Shown one piece after another: positions 19,308 through 30,016 of a stretch of DNA of 64,000 nucleotides. A program made the position numbers and the translations under genes. This DNA comes from Candidatus Moraniibacteriota bacterium (GTDB taxonomy: Bacteria; Patescibacteriota; Minisyncoccia; Moranbacterales; UBA1568). The DNA is taken from contig CAVZUR010000004.1 of assembly GCA_963778555.1 (NCBI GenBank), positions 26,190-90,189 on the forward strand. The letters are read 5' to 3'. How positions within the stretch are numbered: the stretch's first letter is position 1; the number at the start of each line of letters is the position of its first letter. The notes below the pieces were generated by a model. The model had not been told where the DNA came from. It made no database searches and saw nothing but the letters and a program-made list of their open reading frames with translations.

Positions 19308-21251
19308 TTATCCGTGCAGTGACAAGGGATCAGCAACGATTCGGACCGGTTGCTCGAGCGATCCAAGAAAGCGGTGCAGTGCATCGGGGAAAGCTTCCTT
19401 CGACGGATAGCGGATAAGGACATGGTAGCGGTTTTTCTTGTTAAAAGGCAAATAGCGGGGGAGGATTTCGAGCGTCGGGAGCGCGAGTGATCGGAGGGCG
19501 GATTCAGTTCTTTCAGCGATTGAAAGCGAGCTGGCGTCCGGCGTGGGAAAGCACTCAAGCCGAATGAATCGATAGTCGGGCGGGTAGTGAAGGATTCGGC
19601 GTTCTTCGAGGAGCGGCAGGGCGGTTTGGCTCAGGTCCTCATGAGCCCAAATCGTCCAATACTTCGCCTCCGGCTCGAAAGTTTGAACGATGAGTTTTCC
19701 ATCTTGGGTCAGTTTTCCGCCGAAGCGCCGCAATTCGCGCCAGAGACGTTCTTCTGACTGGAAGTCGGGGTAGAATAAGCCCTGGTCCGGTTCGATCAGT
19801 CCAATGACACCCATGGGGGGCAGCGGAAGGCTATAGGCGGATTCATAGGTGGCGACAATTATTAGTGGTCGTGCACCGGAATCATTCAACTGGGCAACAA
19901 TGTTCTGAAAATCGCGTTTCACGCCGAGTGTATCACGATCAATGCGGATGACACGATCAGCAATCCTGTGCTGAGACAGCGCGCGGACAATCGCTTCAGT
20001 ACCCGCCCCAAAACTTTTAAAATGCATGTGGCCGCACTCGCGACAGGCCGGGAAAAGTGCTGAGCGAAAGCCGCAGGCGAGACAGCGGTAGCGGGCATCC
20101 TTGGTCTCGGTCAGCGCCGCGGAGCAATCTGGGCAACGCAGCGGCGTCTGGCACTTGGCGCAGATCGAAAAGCGCGCCAGTCCACGCTGTTTGACGAGTA
20201 TGAGAACAGATTCCTGTCGAGTGCGGGCGGAACAGACGGCCTGGATGAGATCGGGGGTGAGTGTCTGGCTCGCCCCGCCGCGCTTGTAGGTTTTGCGAAG
20301 ATCGATCGCGACAAGCGGGCGTCGAACTGAGAAAGAGAACGGGGTACCGCTGACGACCGCTTCAGGTCTGAAATATTCGATACCAGGTGCGACGGAAAGT
20401 TTGAAACATGGGATGCGTTGTTCCCGCGCGATAGTTTCAGCAATCGCGACAGCATCGTAGCGAGGCGCCATTTCCCACTGCGTGAATGAAATTCTTTTCT
20501 CTGAATCAATGATGGCAATCGCTCCCAACTTTTCTAGGGGGGCAAAAATCGCCTGGCGCGTTCCGACGATGATGTCGAGGGCACCTTCTTTGAGCGCGGT
20601 GTGAATCAGGTACTGCTCTTTGCTGGTCCGGTGGCTCGAGAGGCAACGAATGACCGCTTTCGGTAGTACTTGCGCTAGTCGCCCGGCGTAGAGTTCTGCC
20701 GCAAGGATTTCTGGCACTAGTATGAGCAAGGGTTTTTTCTCACTGAAAGCCGTTTTTGACAACTTCAGGAGTCGTTCGAACAGATGACTATCGTCCAGGA
20801 GACCCTCGGTCAGTATGCGAGAAATGCGTTTTTTCTTCTGTTGCGTAGATTGATTCGTTCGTGCGATTGCGGCTTTCGATTTGGCCGCCTTGACCTCTCC
20901 TGGTATGGAACGCGGTGCGTGTTGAAGTGGGAAAAAGAGTTTGAAGACGATACCAAGCGGCGTATACAATATATCGCTCAAGTGCCACGCGAGGGCGATT
21001 TGGGATGCTGTCAGAAAACCCGGCAGGATAACCGGCCCGACGAATTTCAGCCAGGGAGGAACGGGGCTGGGTAATTTTTCACACGCCAGTACGGCACCCG
21101 TGAGGTTGCGTTTGCCGAAGGATATCGCGACAAGGGATCCGATGGGTATCGGAATGGGCGAGGCATAGCTAAAACGCGGGTCATGCCGGCCAAAGAGGGG
21201 AGTGAGCGGGACGACCTCGATGCGATAGAGGGATGATAGGGATTTCGGCAT
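19308..21251 (-). CDS. priA: Primosomal protein N' (PriA) with degenerate helicase motifs
   Basis: N-terminal 3'-binding domain, LVPEI, GTRQAIFAP, four CxxC pairs, GAGTE, PDFQSEER, HYPP. Sits upstream of def-fmt. Confidence 0.88.
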   Translation of the reverse strand: MPKSLSSLYRIEVVPLTPLFGRHDPRFSYASPIPIPIGSLVAISFGKRNLTGAVLACEKLPSPVPPWLKFVGPVILPGFLTASQIALAWHLSDILYTPLGIVFKLFFPLQHAPRSIPGEVKAAKSKAAIARTNQSTQQKKKRISRILTEGLLDDSHLFERLLKLSKTAFSEKKPLLILVPEILAAELYAGRLAQVLPKAVIRCLSSHRTSKEQYLIHTALKEGALDIIVGTRQAIFAPLEKLGAIAIIDSEKRISFTQWEMAPRYDAVAIAETIAREQRIPCFKLSVAPGIEYFRPEAVVSGTPFSFSVRRPLVAIDLRKTYKRGGASQTLTPDLIQAVCSARTRQESVLILVKQRGLARFSICAKCQTPLRCPDCSAALTETKDARYRCLACGFRSALFPACRECGHMHFKSFGAGTEAIVRALSQHRIADRVIRIDRDTLGVKRDFQNIVAQLNDSGARPLIIVATYESAYSLPLPPMGVIGLIEPDQGLFYPDFQSEERLWRELRRFGGKLTQDGKLIVQTFEPEAKYWTIWAHEDLSQTALPLLEERRILHYPPDYRFIRLECFPTPDASSLSIAERTESALRSLALPTLEILPRYLPFNKKNRYHVLIRYPSKEAFPDALHRFLGSLEQPVRIVADPLSLHG

Positions 21252-21407
21252 ATTGGGTGTCCTTCATTGTACCAGCCTCATGAGAAATCTGACTACGCAC
21301 GTATATCGATCAGCACTCGCGTGCATTTATCATTCTGGAGTGTTCCTCTGTTATTCCTTGCTGCTGGACGGAAAATTCTCTATGATGACGGCACTAAACC
21401 CAAGAGA

Positions 21408-21968
21408 ATGCTTATCACGCGCCGTTTGTTTGTTGGAATTCCATTGTCAGCCAGGCTCCAGAAGCGGCTTGAGCTAGAAGGAGCGGCCTGGAAGCATCTC
21501 CCGGTTATCCTGACACGGCCTGGAAATTTTCATATCACGCTGATGTTCCTTGGTTTTGTCAAAGAGGAAGAGATACCCCGCATCATTGAGGCGCTTGAGG
21601 GAGCGACGATTGATATCGAGCCATTTGAGATTCGTTTATCGGAAATCACTGCCGATCCAGCGAATCATCCGACCACGGTCTGGCTCTCGGGTGAGACATC
21701 AACCGAACTTGTTGCTTTGCGCAACGCCGTGGCAGCTTCGCTCGATTACCTCACACCGGAATCCAAAAGCTTCCGTCCACATGTGACCCTGGCCAAGATC
21801 CGCCGCGGCCAGTTTGAAACGCTCGAAACCAAGCCGGATTTCGCCAAGTCGCTCCATATTATCGAGCCGGTCGAGACGATTGCACTCTTTGAAAGCACGC
21901 TGGAGAATGGCAAGCGTGTGTACTTGCCGCTCGCTGATTTTCCGCTCACCGGCGAGGGTGGCGAATAG
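21408..21968 (+). CDS. thpR: RNA 2',3'-cyclic phosphodiesterase (2H family)
   Basis: RLFVGI, HITL and PHVTL motifs. Confidence 0.92.
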   Translation: MLITRRLFVGIPLSARLQKRLELEGAAWKHLPVILTRPGNFHITLMFLGFVKEEEIPRIIEALEGATIDIEPFEIRLSEITADPANHPTTVWLSGETSTELVALRNAVAASLDYLTPESKSFRPHVTLAKIRRGQFETLETKPDFAKSLHIIEPVETIALFESTLENGKRVYLPLADFPLTGEGGE

Positions 21969-21978
21969 GCGCAGCCCT

Positions 21979-22678
21979 ATGAATATTTTTGGTGTTGACG
22001 TCAGCAATCGCTCCCAGACAGATATCCTGGACCAGATTGAAGTTTGGCTCTTAAGCGCTCGCTTTCACCGTATTGTGACCATCAATCCGGAATTCCTTTT
22101 GCTCGCATTGAAAAATAAGGCATTCCATGGCGCTCTCCTTTCAGCTGATCTCCGGGTGGCTGATGGCGTCGGTCTTTATCTCCCATTCTGGCTGGGCGGT
22201 GAGAAACTCATCGAGCGTGTACCGGGTGCGGATCTCTTACTGGAAATACTTCACCTAGCAGATAAGCACCGACTCTCCGTCGGCCTCTTGCTTGCGCCGG
22301 ACGGTCTGTCATCGTACGAAGAAATACAAACAACACTCGCATGAGCGCTACCCGAATCTCGATGTCCAAAAATTCTCCGCTGAATATCTTTCCTCACCAC
22401 TAAAACCTATTCCCTATACCCTAGTTTTTTGTAACTATGGCGCGCCGCTCCAGGAAATTATCCTCGCTGGTTTACGGCGGTCGCCAGGGAATCTCCGGCT
22501 CGCAATGGGCGTCGGCGGAGCTTTCGATTTTCTGACGGGAAAAATACCCCGAGCACCAAAGTTTCTTCGCTCGATCGGTTTTGAATGGCTGTGGCGGCTG
22601 TGGCAACAACCCAAGCGTTTCAGCCGCATCTGGAATGCGGTCATTATCTTCCCGATTAAAGTCCTCTGCCAAAAATAA
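21979..22678 (+). CDS. WecB/TagA/CpsF family glycosyltransferase (one frameshift near 22340)
   Basis: TINPE, ADGVG, RVPGADL in one frame and YGAPLQE, GVGGAFD, RAP...GFEWLWRL in the next. Confidence 0.88.
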
Positions 22679-22681
22679 ATG

Positions 22682-22712
22682 AAGCCCTGGCAGTGTTCCC
22701 GCCAGGGCTTTT
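22682..22712. terminator. Bidirectional terminator
   Basis: AAGCCCTGGC...GCCAGGGCTTTT hairpin. Confidence 0.7.
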
Positions 22713-22731
22713 GATGGATGGTGGTTCAGTG

Positions 22732-23055
22732 TTAGGTTGGTTCACTGACGAGCACACTGCGCCAATCGTGTGCTGCGCTTTTAGCAGCGACTACTTGCCA
22801 CTCGTCTGTCCCGAGCTGCCGGTGGAGAGTAATTTTCACCCCACCACCATCAAACCGGACGGGTCGGCACTTAATGAGCACATGGCGCTCCTCGTGTGTA
22901 CCCGTATGAGTCAGTCGAGTCGGCAGAGCGTTGATCTCGGAAATCGACGGCCGGACGAGTCCGGAAAGCTCGACAGCGTGTTCATGGAAGAACGCGATCG
23001 CGTTCCCGATACTAGCGCCGAATTCGTACCGTTGAGGCAGAGCCGTGGTAACCAT
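22732..23055 (-). CDS. Hypothetical protein (accessory unit)
   Basis: AGGAG SD before ATG 23055, with a TTGACT-N17-TAATAT promoter at 23160-23132. Confidence 0.65.
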   Translation of the reverse strand: MVTTALPQRYEFGASIGNAIAFFHEHAVELSGLVRPSISEINALPTRLTHTGTHEERHVLIKCRPVRFDGGGVKITLHRQLGTDEWQVVAAKSAAHDWRSVLVSEPT

Positions 23056-23197
23056 CTTAACTTCTCCTGTCAAAGGACATTGCAGATTCGGGTCAACCGA
23101 ATCAGGTTACTTCAACACGAAGCAACCGTATATATTAGCACATATTAGCGATAAAGTCAACATAGAAACATGGCTTGGGAAAGGGTATAATTTGCCT

Positions 23198-24764
23198 ATG
23201 CCTGAATCCAGCCAGAAGCCGGTCCGGGTACGGTTATGCTCCGTCGCCGACAGGACTGCAGCATATCGGGGGCTTGCGCACCGCGCTCTACAACTATCTC
23301 TACGCCCAGAAACTTGGCGGGCAGTTCATATTGCGCATCGAAGACACCGATCAGAAACGTTTCGTCGAAGGTGCGCTCGAGAATACAATCGGTTTTCTGC
23401 ATGACTTCGGACTCTCGTATGCTGAAGGACCGATACTCCTGACTGACAAAGATACGGAGAGTGATTCTGTAGGTATGCTTTCGGTCCGGTATCCCGGAAT
23501 CTATGAACTCGGACCTCATGCTCCGTACATCCAATCCGAGCGTCTTGATCTCTATCAGAAATACGCCGCTGAGCTGGTGAAACAAGGAGCAGCCTATTAC
23601 TGCTTCTGCAGCGAAGAACGTCTTACGGCACTGCGCGCGCGCCAGGAGGGGATGAAACACGCACCCCGCTATGATCGCGAATGCCTGAAACTACCAGCAG
23701 AAGAGGTCAAAGAAAGGCGCAGCCACGGCGAAACGAGCGTGGTCCGGTTCAAAATTCCAGAAGCGGGGAAATTTACCGTCCGGGACACGGTACGTGGCAT
23801 GATTGCTTGCGATACCGCAGATTTGGATGACTTCGTGCTGATGAAGTCTGATGGCTACCCCACCTATCATTTCGCGCACGTGATTGATGATCATCTCCTG
23901 GAGATCACGCATGTTTTCCGGGGCGAGGAATGGCTCCCGAGCCTGTCCAAGCATGTTCTGCTCTATCAGGCGTTCGGCTGGACGCCGCCAGAATTTATCC
24001 ACCTGTCTGTCATCCTCGGCCAGGATGGAAAGAAGAAGCTTTCCAAGCGCGAAGGCGATGTCTCCGTTGATTCATTCGTTGCGCAAGGCTATCTCCGGGA
24101 CGCGCTCTTGAATTTCATCGCGCTTCTCGGTTGGAATCCCGGACAGGGCAGTACGCAGGAGATTTTCACTCGCGACGAACTCGTATCTTCCTTTTCACTC
24201 GAGCACTTAAACAAGGCGGGTGCAGTATTTGACCGATCCAAGCTGGACTGGATGAATCACGAGTACATTCTGAAAAAGACTCCGGCCGAGCTGCTCTCGC
24301 TCATCCAGGACGGCGGCTTTCTCCAGCGTAAACCATGGTTTTCAAAGGTGTCTCCTTCGTATACGACGGATGAGTACTTATTGAAAGTTATGGCACTTGA
24401 GCAGGAACGACTGAAGACCCTCACTCAGTTCGGGGAAGATCTCCAATGGTTGTTCACAGATGAGCTCGAGTATCCGGCAACACTCTTGCCTTGGAAGGAA
24501 AACAGCAGGGCGCTAACGGGCGAAGCCTTGGAGAGCGCCAAGGTCGTGCTTGCGGGCATACCAGGAGAAGACTGGACTCGCCCGAAGATAAGCGAAATCC
24601 TTCTGGCCGCTGCGGGGGAAAAACGGGGGGATTTCCTTTGGCCGTTACGCGTGGCACTCTCGGGCCTCCGACACTCGCCAGCGCCGATGGACATTGTCTG
24701 GGTCCTCGGCCGCGAACGTTCGCTTGCCCGATTGGAGGCGGCGCTCAGAAAACTGGAAACATAG
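23198..24764 (+). CDS. gltX: Glutamate--tRNA ligase (one extra base near 23236)
   Basis: MPESSQKPVRVR then a frame change to YAPSPTGLQHIGG. RIEDTD, RGEEW, KLSKR motifs. Confidence 0.95.
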
Positions 24765-24806
24765 GACTCCTCCGCCGCTATGATGGGAGACAAACGATAT
24801 ATCAGC

Positions 24807-26102
24807 ATGACTCAATATAAAAAACAAAAACAGCACAGGCTTCCGTCAAGGACGCTCCCACTACTGTTCGTCTTCTTCATTTTCGTACTCGCTATTCGGA
24901 TGGTGCAGGCCGCGGAGAGTATTACGACACTGACTGACGAGCAGAAGGGAATCCTCGATGATCGGCAGGATGAATTGGATGACATCAAGGCCAAGATCAA
25001 GGCCTATAACGAGATTGTCGATCTGAAGCAACGTCAAGGGGCCGTCCTAGATGACCAGATCGAAGGACTTGAGGCCCAGGCGAAAAGCCTGGAGCTGCAG
25101 ATCAGTGCGAGCGAAAAATCTTTAGCGGATATTCAAAATGAGATCCAGCAGCTTTCTGAACGCATCAATCAGAAAGAGATCGTAATCGAGACTCAGAAAG
25201 AGCTGCTCTCCGAAATCATGCGGGGGTACTACGCGGATCAATCAGCGCTCATCCCAAGCGAGTTCATCATCAATGCTTCGCGCCTGGCGAATCCATTACA
25301 GGAAGGTGAGTGGACCGCGGAAACCGGCGCCAAGATCAGTGAGCTTCTCACTTCGCTTCAAACGCTCCGTCACAGCCTTATTACCGAGCAGTACGCACTC
25401 GTCGACAAGCAGGCGATCGCGGCCACGCTCAAACTGCAGCTCGAGCAGCGGAGCGCGCACCTGGATTCGACTGTGATGAGCAAGGAACGGCTCTTGGCGA
25501 AAACTCAGGCTGAGGCGCAGAAATATGACGCGCTGGTGGACGATCTGGAAAAACAGCGCGAGGATATCGAGAACGAAATCGAGTCGCTCGAATCTGGAAA
25601 GATCGATGCACTCGACACGAAAGACATACCCGCCTTCAAGAAAGGCTATCTCAGCTATCCTCTGAAAAACATCGTTAAGACTCAGGGTTATGGTAAGACG
25701 AGTTTCGCGAAAAAATCCGGGTTTTATAAATCCGGGTTTCATAATGGCCTTGATTTTTCTGCTGCAACTGGGACGAGCGTGATGGCCGCCGCGGACGGCA
25801 AAGTAATCGCCATTGGCAATAATGGGAAATATGCTTATGGCCGGTACGTCGCTATCGATCACGGTGACGGATTGGTGACCATGTATGGCCACTTGAGTGC
25901 GTACAGCACCAAGCTCGGCAATAAGGTCAAGCGGGGAGACACAATCGCAAAATCTGGCAATACTGGGAACTCAACCGGTCCGCACGTCCATTTCAGTGTT
26001 TTTTCCGCCAAGTCATTCGACATCGTCCCTTCAAAATACGTCTCAAGCGTGAAGGATATTCCCGTCGGCGCGACAGTCAATCCAACTGTGTACCTGCCAT
26101 AG
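24807..26102 (+). CDS. Coiled-coil M23 peptidoglycan endopeptidase (EnvC-like architecture)
   Basis: Signal/TM, long coiled coil, HNGLD, YGHL, GPHVHF. Confidence 0.92.
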   Translation: MTQYKKQKQHRLPSRTLPLLFVFFIFVLAIRMVQAAESITTLTDEQKGILDDRQDELDDIKAKIKAYNEIVDLKQRQGAVLDDQIEGLEAQAKSLELQISASEKSLADIQNEIQQLSERINQKEIVIETQKELLSEIMRGYYADQSALIPSEFIINASRLANPLQEGEWTAETGAKISELLTSLQTLRHSLITEQYALVDKQAIAATLKLQLEQRSAHLDSTVMSKERLLAKTQAEAQKYDALVDDLEKQREDIENEIESLESGKIDALDTKDIPAFKKGYLSYPLKNIVKTQGYGKTSFAKKSGFYKSGFHNGLDFSAATGTSVMAAADGKVIAIGNNGKYAYGRYVAIDHGDGLVTMYGHLSAYSTKLGNKVKRGDTIAKSGNTGNSTGPHVHFSVFSAKSFDIVPSKYVSSVKDIPVGATVNPTVYLP

Positions 26103-26112
26103 AGATCCAGCT

Positions 26113-26538
26113 ATGTCTTCTTCGAACAATGCGTTGCCGCAAGCTGCAGCGGGATTTTTATTTTGTTCCAAGACAAAACGAGTCCTCCTGCATCAGCGCG
26201 ACGGACAGACCGCTATCAATCCGCACAAGTGGGCATTCTTTACCGGTCTCGTCGAAGGGGATGAATCCCCGCTTCAGGCTTTTATCAGAGAGGTCGCCGA
26301 AGAGATTGGTTATGCACTCACGCTTGAGCAAGTGCATAAGCTCGATAGGTATTTGAATACTGAACGCCAGACGATGCGCCATGTCTTCGTCGCTGCTGTC
26401 AATTCAGAATTTCTCCCCTCAGCAGTCAATGAAGGTGCCGACGTCGGCTGGTTTACCCTGACAGAGGCTTGGTCATTAGATCTGACACATCTCACCAAAC
26501 GGGATTTAAAGAAGTTTTCTGTTCGATGCAATATGTGA
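26113..26538 (+). CDS. NUDIX hydrolase
   Basis: GLVEGDESPLQAFIREVAEEIG Nudix box. Confidence 0.9.
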   Translation: MSSSNNALPQAAAGFLFCSKTKRVLLHQRDGQTAINPHKWAFFTGLVEGDESPLQAFIREVAEEIGYALTLEQVHKLDRYLNTERQTMRHVFVAAVNSEFLPSAVNEGADVGWFTLTEAWSLDLTHLTKRDLKKFSVRCNM

Positions 26539-26605
26539 ACCCATAACGTATCTGGCTCCCCCATACTTTCTTAAAAAAAGAAGGGGAGGAGGCGCAAAAC
26601 CATGC

Positions 26606-26866
26606 ATGAAAAGAAATGTTCTAAAAGCAATAACGGGTGAAGCACTTATTACTCAGGTACTTCAAAAGACAGCAAAATACGGCAGGCTAGTGAACCCGGG
26701 GAGAGCGGAACGAGTATGGATTGATACGTGCGCGCTATGTATCAAAATTAAAGTCTGCCCGCAAAGTATATATAAAAAGGACGGCGAATTGGTCCTTGTT
26801 CAGACTCAAGAGTTATCTTCTCTGATATCATGTCTCATAAGTTACATAAGCGGACATGCAGTATAG
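26606..26866 (+). CDS. Hypothetical protein, AT-rich (accessory unit)
   Basis: GGAGG SD, 86 aa, terminator hairpin at 26873-26906. Confidence 0.5.
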   Translation: MKRNVLKAITGEALITQVLQKTAKYGRLVNPGRAERVWIDTCALCIKIKVCPQSIYKKDGELVLVQTQELSSLISCLISYISGHAV

Positions 26867-26928
26867 AAAAGAAAGACCGCTCCACTGATGCTTCAGTGTG
26901 CGGTCTTGTGTGCCAGGTTGCCGAACAG

Positions 26929-27777
26929 TTAATCCGTCAGCCCACCAAAGGCGGTCGGCGAAGAAGCTTCCTCTCTCGCGACAAGAATAGGCGTCTCGCT
27001 TTGTCCCTTCTGCTTCTTCGCTTCGTACATAGCTTGATCGGCCAAACTGACGACAGCGTCGATGATCTCTGCTCCCCCATCCGAGGATCGAAAATGTCCG
27101 ACGGCGATGCCAATCGAGGCACCGATGGAATATTTCTTAAGGAATGGGTCACCACTCAGTGACTGCGTCAGTGTCATGGCACGCTCGACCGCCGCGCAAT
27201 CGCTTTTTTCTCCGATGAGGTAGGCAAGAAATTCATCACCGCCTGGCCGGTAGATGATGTCATCGGTCCGAAACACGGTCTTCAGAAGTCCTGCGACCCG
27301 AATCAACACTTGGTCGCCGACCGAATGGCCAAAAGAATCATTCACCGCCTTGAAGCCGTCCAGGTCAATCATCAAAACTGAAACTTGATGCCTTGGAGCC
27401 TGAACCATCGACTGTGGTTCTGTGGTGTGATGCTCGCGGCGGCGATACTGGCCCAGCATGCCTTGAAAGGCGTGCTCCGCGCCACGCCGATTGTAGAGGC
27501 CGGTCAATGGATCGAGGAGCGCGATGTTCTCGAGCTGCGCGATCTGCTTTTGCAGACCGTCGATCGTATCGATCTGCGCGACGATTTCAGTCGCCAATCT
27601 GGCGACTTGATAGACGCGCTCTTGCAAGGTCTGGGTCAGCTTTTCGTTCGCGGTTTGCAGACTCTTGACCTGCGCATTCCTCTCAAGCAATGCTTGGAGA
27701 AACATTCTTTCCCCGACCATGGAGGAGTAGGCAAGATCAGCCAACGGTTGGCTGGCTGAACGGATGGTGGCATTCAT
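26929..27777 (-). CDS. Diguanylate cyclase (coiled coil + GGDEF)
   Basis: DPLTGLYNRR, DLDGFKAVNDSFGH, RTDD I-site, GGDEF, ADQAMYEAK. Confidence 0.93.
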   Translation of the reverse strand: MNATIRSASQPLADLAYSSMVGERMFLQALLERNAQVKSLQTANEKLTQTLQERVYQVARLATEIVAQIDTIDGLQKQIAQLENIALLDPLTGLYNRRGAEHAFQGMLGQYRRREHHTTEPQSMVQAPRHQVSVLMIDLDGFKAVNDSFGHSVGDQVLIRVAGLLKTVFRTDDIIYRPGGDEFLAYLIGEKSDCAAVERAMTLTQSLSGDPFLKKYSIGASIGIAVGHFRSSDGGAEIIDAVVSLADQAMYEAKKQKGQSETPILVAREEASSPTAFGGLTD

Positions 27778-27895
27778 GGACTTTTTCCTTTCGGATGGGT
27801 GGGAAAATCGAAATGTTAAAGAAATACCATTGTGACATATAATCTATTACTTGTCAACAGGCGAAGAATAGGTAGTTTTCCGCTACAATGAAGCC

Positions 27896-29053
27896 ATGCG
27901 CCTCTCCTATTCGAGTCTCGATACCTATCAGTCCTGCTCCCTGAAGTACAAGTACCGGGAGATCGACAAGTTGCCTGAGGAGAAATCCAAAGAAGCGGTG
28001 TTCGGCACGCTCATCCATGCCACGCTGAAATACGTCCATGAGCCAGCACTTATTCCCCCGACGGTCGAACAGGCCATTGATTATTTCGGCAAGCACTGGA
28101 GCGGTGAAAAGTTCGAGAATGAGTTAGAGGAACGGGCCGCCTTCGTCCAAGGTGTCGAGATGCTCCAGCGCTACTATGAGGCAAACCGGATCGCCGAGTA
28201 TAATCCGCTCGCGCTTGAAAGTCGTTTTTCTATTGAAATCGGCACAGAAACTACCGGCAGGCATATCATTGCTGGCGTCATCGACCGCATCGATCGCACA
28301 CGTGACGGCTACGAGATCATCGACTACAAGACGAGCAAGAAAATGCCAAGCCAAGACAAAGTTGACAATGATTTGCAGCTTTCCATATATCTCAGGGCCT
28401 TTCTAGCGCGTTATCCGAAAGAATGGGAACGTTTGAACAAGATTACGGTCAGTCTCTACTTCTTAAAGCATGGCGTGAAGCTCTCCTCCACGCGAACCCG
28501 CGCGCAGCTCGAAGCGTTAGACGCGACGTTTCTCGAAGTCATCCACGCCATCGAAGCGGGGAAATTCGAACCAACGCTCTCCCCGCTCTGCGATTGGTGC
28601 AGTTTCCAGAAGATCTGTCCTCTGTGGAAACACAAATTTAAAGCTGAAACAATAGCAATCGAAAAGAGCGATGCGGAACGGGCGATTGAAGAATTTCTTA
28701 CGTTGCGGTTCAAGACAGCCACAGATAAGAAACGTCTTGCCGATCTCCAAGAGGAGATTCTCGGCTATATGGACCAGGAAGGTATCGAGCGAGTTTTCGG
28801 TACGACGGGCATCATCGGGAAATCTGTCCGAACCACCTATACCTACGATGAGGCAAAGCTGCGCGCACTCCTCTTGCCGCTCGGCGAGTGGGAAAATGTC
28901 GTGAAAATCGATGGTGCGGCGCTGAAAGCCGTTCTGGCCGCTCTTCCTTCAGCCGTTCAGAAGGAAGCAGAAGCAACGCGAGAGAAGAAGGAAAGCTTGG
29001 CACTTTCGGTCAAAAAAACCTCGGCCGTTGACACGGATTCGGAAGACGCCTAA
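27896..29053 (+). CDS. PD-(D/E)XK nuclease family protein (RecB/AddB-like, probable Fe-S)
   Basis: LSYS...C, GTLIH, GVIDRID, IIDYKT, QLSIY, CDWC...C. Confidence 0.88.
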   Translation: MRLSYSSLDTYQSCSLKYKYREIDKLPEEKSKEAVFGTLIHATLKYVHEPALIPPTVEQAIDYFGKHWSGEKFENELEERAAFVQGVEMLQRYYEANRIAEYNPLALESRFSIEIGTETTGRHIIAGVIDRIDRTRDGYEIIDYKTSKKMPSQDKVDNDLQLSIYLRAFLARYPKEWERLNKITVSLYFLKHGVKLSSTRTRAQLEALDATFLEVIHAIEAGKFEPTLSPLCDWCSFQKICPLWKHKFKAETIAIEKSDAERAIEEFLTLRFKTATDKKRLADLQEEILGYMDQEGIERVFGTTGIIGKSVRTTYTYDEAKLRALLLPLGEWENVVKIDGAALKAVLAALPSAVQKEAEATREKKESLALSVKKTSAVDTDSEDA

Positions 29054-29129
29054 GCTGGCGCCATGTTCTCTTTTTCTGCTGTCGGAGAACATGGGTAGGT
29101 AGTCCATTGAAAATTGAAAGGGGGTTGCT

Positions 29130-29531
29130 GTGTTGCTATCACCGATATTTTTCAAGGTGGCGTTCTTGACCGTATTGCTTGGTCTGAATAGCTGTATTAC
29201 CATCAGTCCATCTTCCGTCCAAAACGGTCCCACAATCACGGTCGGAGAAGAGATTCACCACTTTTCGCTTCTGTGCCCCACACGCGAGCAGGCTGAACAA
29301 CTTATTCTCACTCGGATCGAAAAGGGTCCAGAGAAAGCCTTTGAGCTTTTCCGAAACAACCATTGCTTCCCGATGACGCTCAATCTTGTTCCGGTCAGCG
29401 TTCTTCTGTCACGCAGTGTTGACGGTTTCGCCATCCGAGTCGTCGAGGTTACCACCAAGACGCGCACCGGATCTACAGTGAATCTCTATATGGTCACCTG
29501 GAACCGGGTGGTCTCGGGTGTCGAAACCTGA
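29130..29531 (+). CDS. Hypothetical lipoprotein
   Basis: GTG start after GAAAGGGG, hydrophobic signal with LNSC lipobox. Confidence 0.6.
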   Translation: MLLSPIFFKVAFLTVLLGLNSCITISPSSVQNGPTITVGEEIHHFSLLCPTREQAEQLILTRIEKGPEKAFELFRNNHCFPMTLNLVPVSVLLSRSVDGFAIRVVEVTTKTRTGSTVNLYMVTWNRVVSGVET

Positions 29532-29700
29532 TGGCACATGCATCGGCCGTGGTCCGGACGCAACCTGTTGATCATTGAATCAATATTGCGTCTCTTTTGA
29601 AGCCTGAGAATTTCCTTTCTTTGTTTTCAGAAGAGTTCAAAAAAATCAAGGAAGACAACAGCGTCATCTTCCTCAAAGAGTCTCGGCTAAAGCCTCCGTG

Positions 29701-29913
29701 TCATTCCTTCTTGACAGCTTCCCCAGCTTTCTTCTTGTCGGCATCCTTGCCCTGGAGAGCGCCGCCGACATCCTTGTAGAACCCGCCGACGCCTTTGGCG
29801 ATCGAGTTGTCGCTGCTCTGCAGCCAATTGCCGGCGCCTTCCATCACGCTACCCGCTGCCGCGCAGCCCCCCAGGGCGATGGCGCTGGCCAGAATGAGAA
29901 GTGTGTGTTTCAC
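29701..29913 (-). CDS. Small lipoprotein
   Basis: MKHTLLILASAIALGGC lipobox, AAGGGAG SD. Confidence 0.7.
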   Translation of the reverse strand: MKHTLLILASAIALGGCAAAGSVMEGAGNWLQSSDNSIAKGVGGFYKDVGGALQGKDADKKKAGEAVKKE

Positions 29914-30016
29914 GATGAAACTCCCTTCAGAACCCGGACCAATGCCGGTATTTCAGTTATAGACCGGAATGAGACAGGCCGTCAAACAAGACATCCCTTT
30001 CTAAAGACGAAAAATG

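Noticed and set aside
23198-23250. Programmed frameshift in gltX (likewise engB, dnaK, tagA-like)
   Set aside because: No slippery-site or stop-codon signature, and similar indels occur throughout the window, so sequencing error is more parsimonious.
27896-29053. Cas4-like nuclease implying a CRISPR system
   Set aside because: No cas1/cas2 and no repeat-spacer array in the window. A stand-alone PD-(D/E)XK nuclease explains it.
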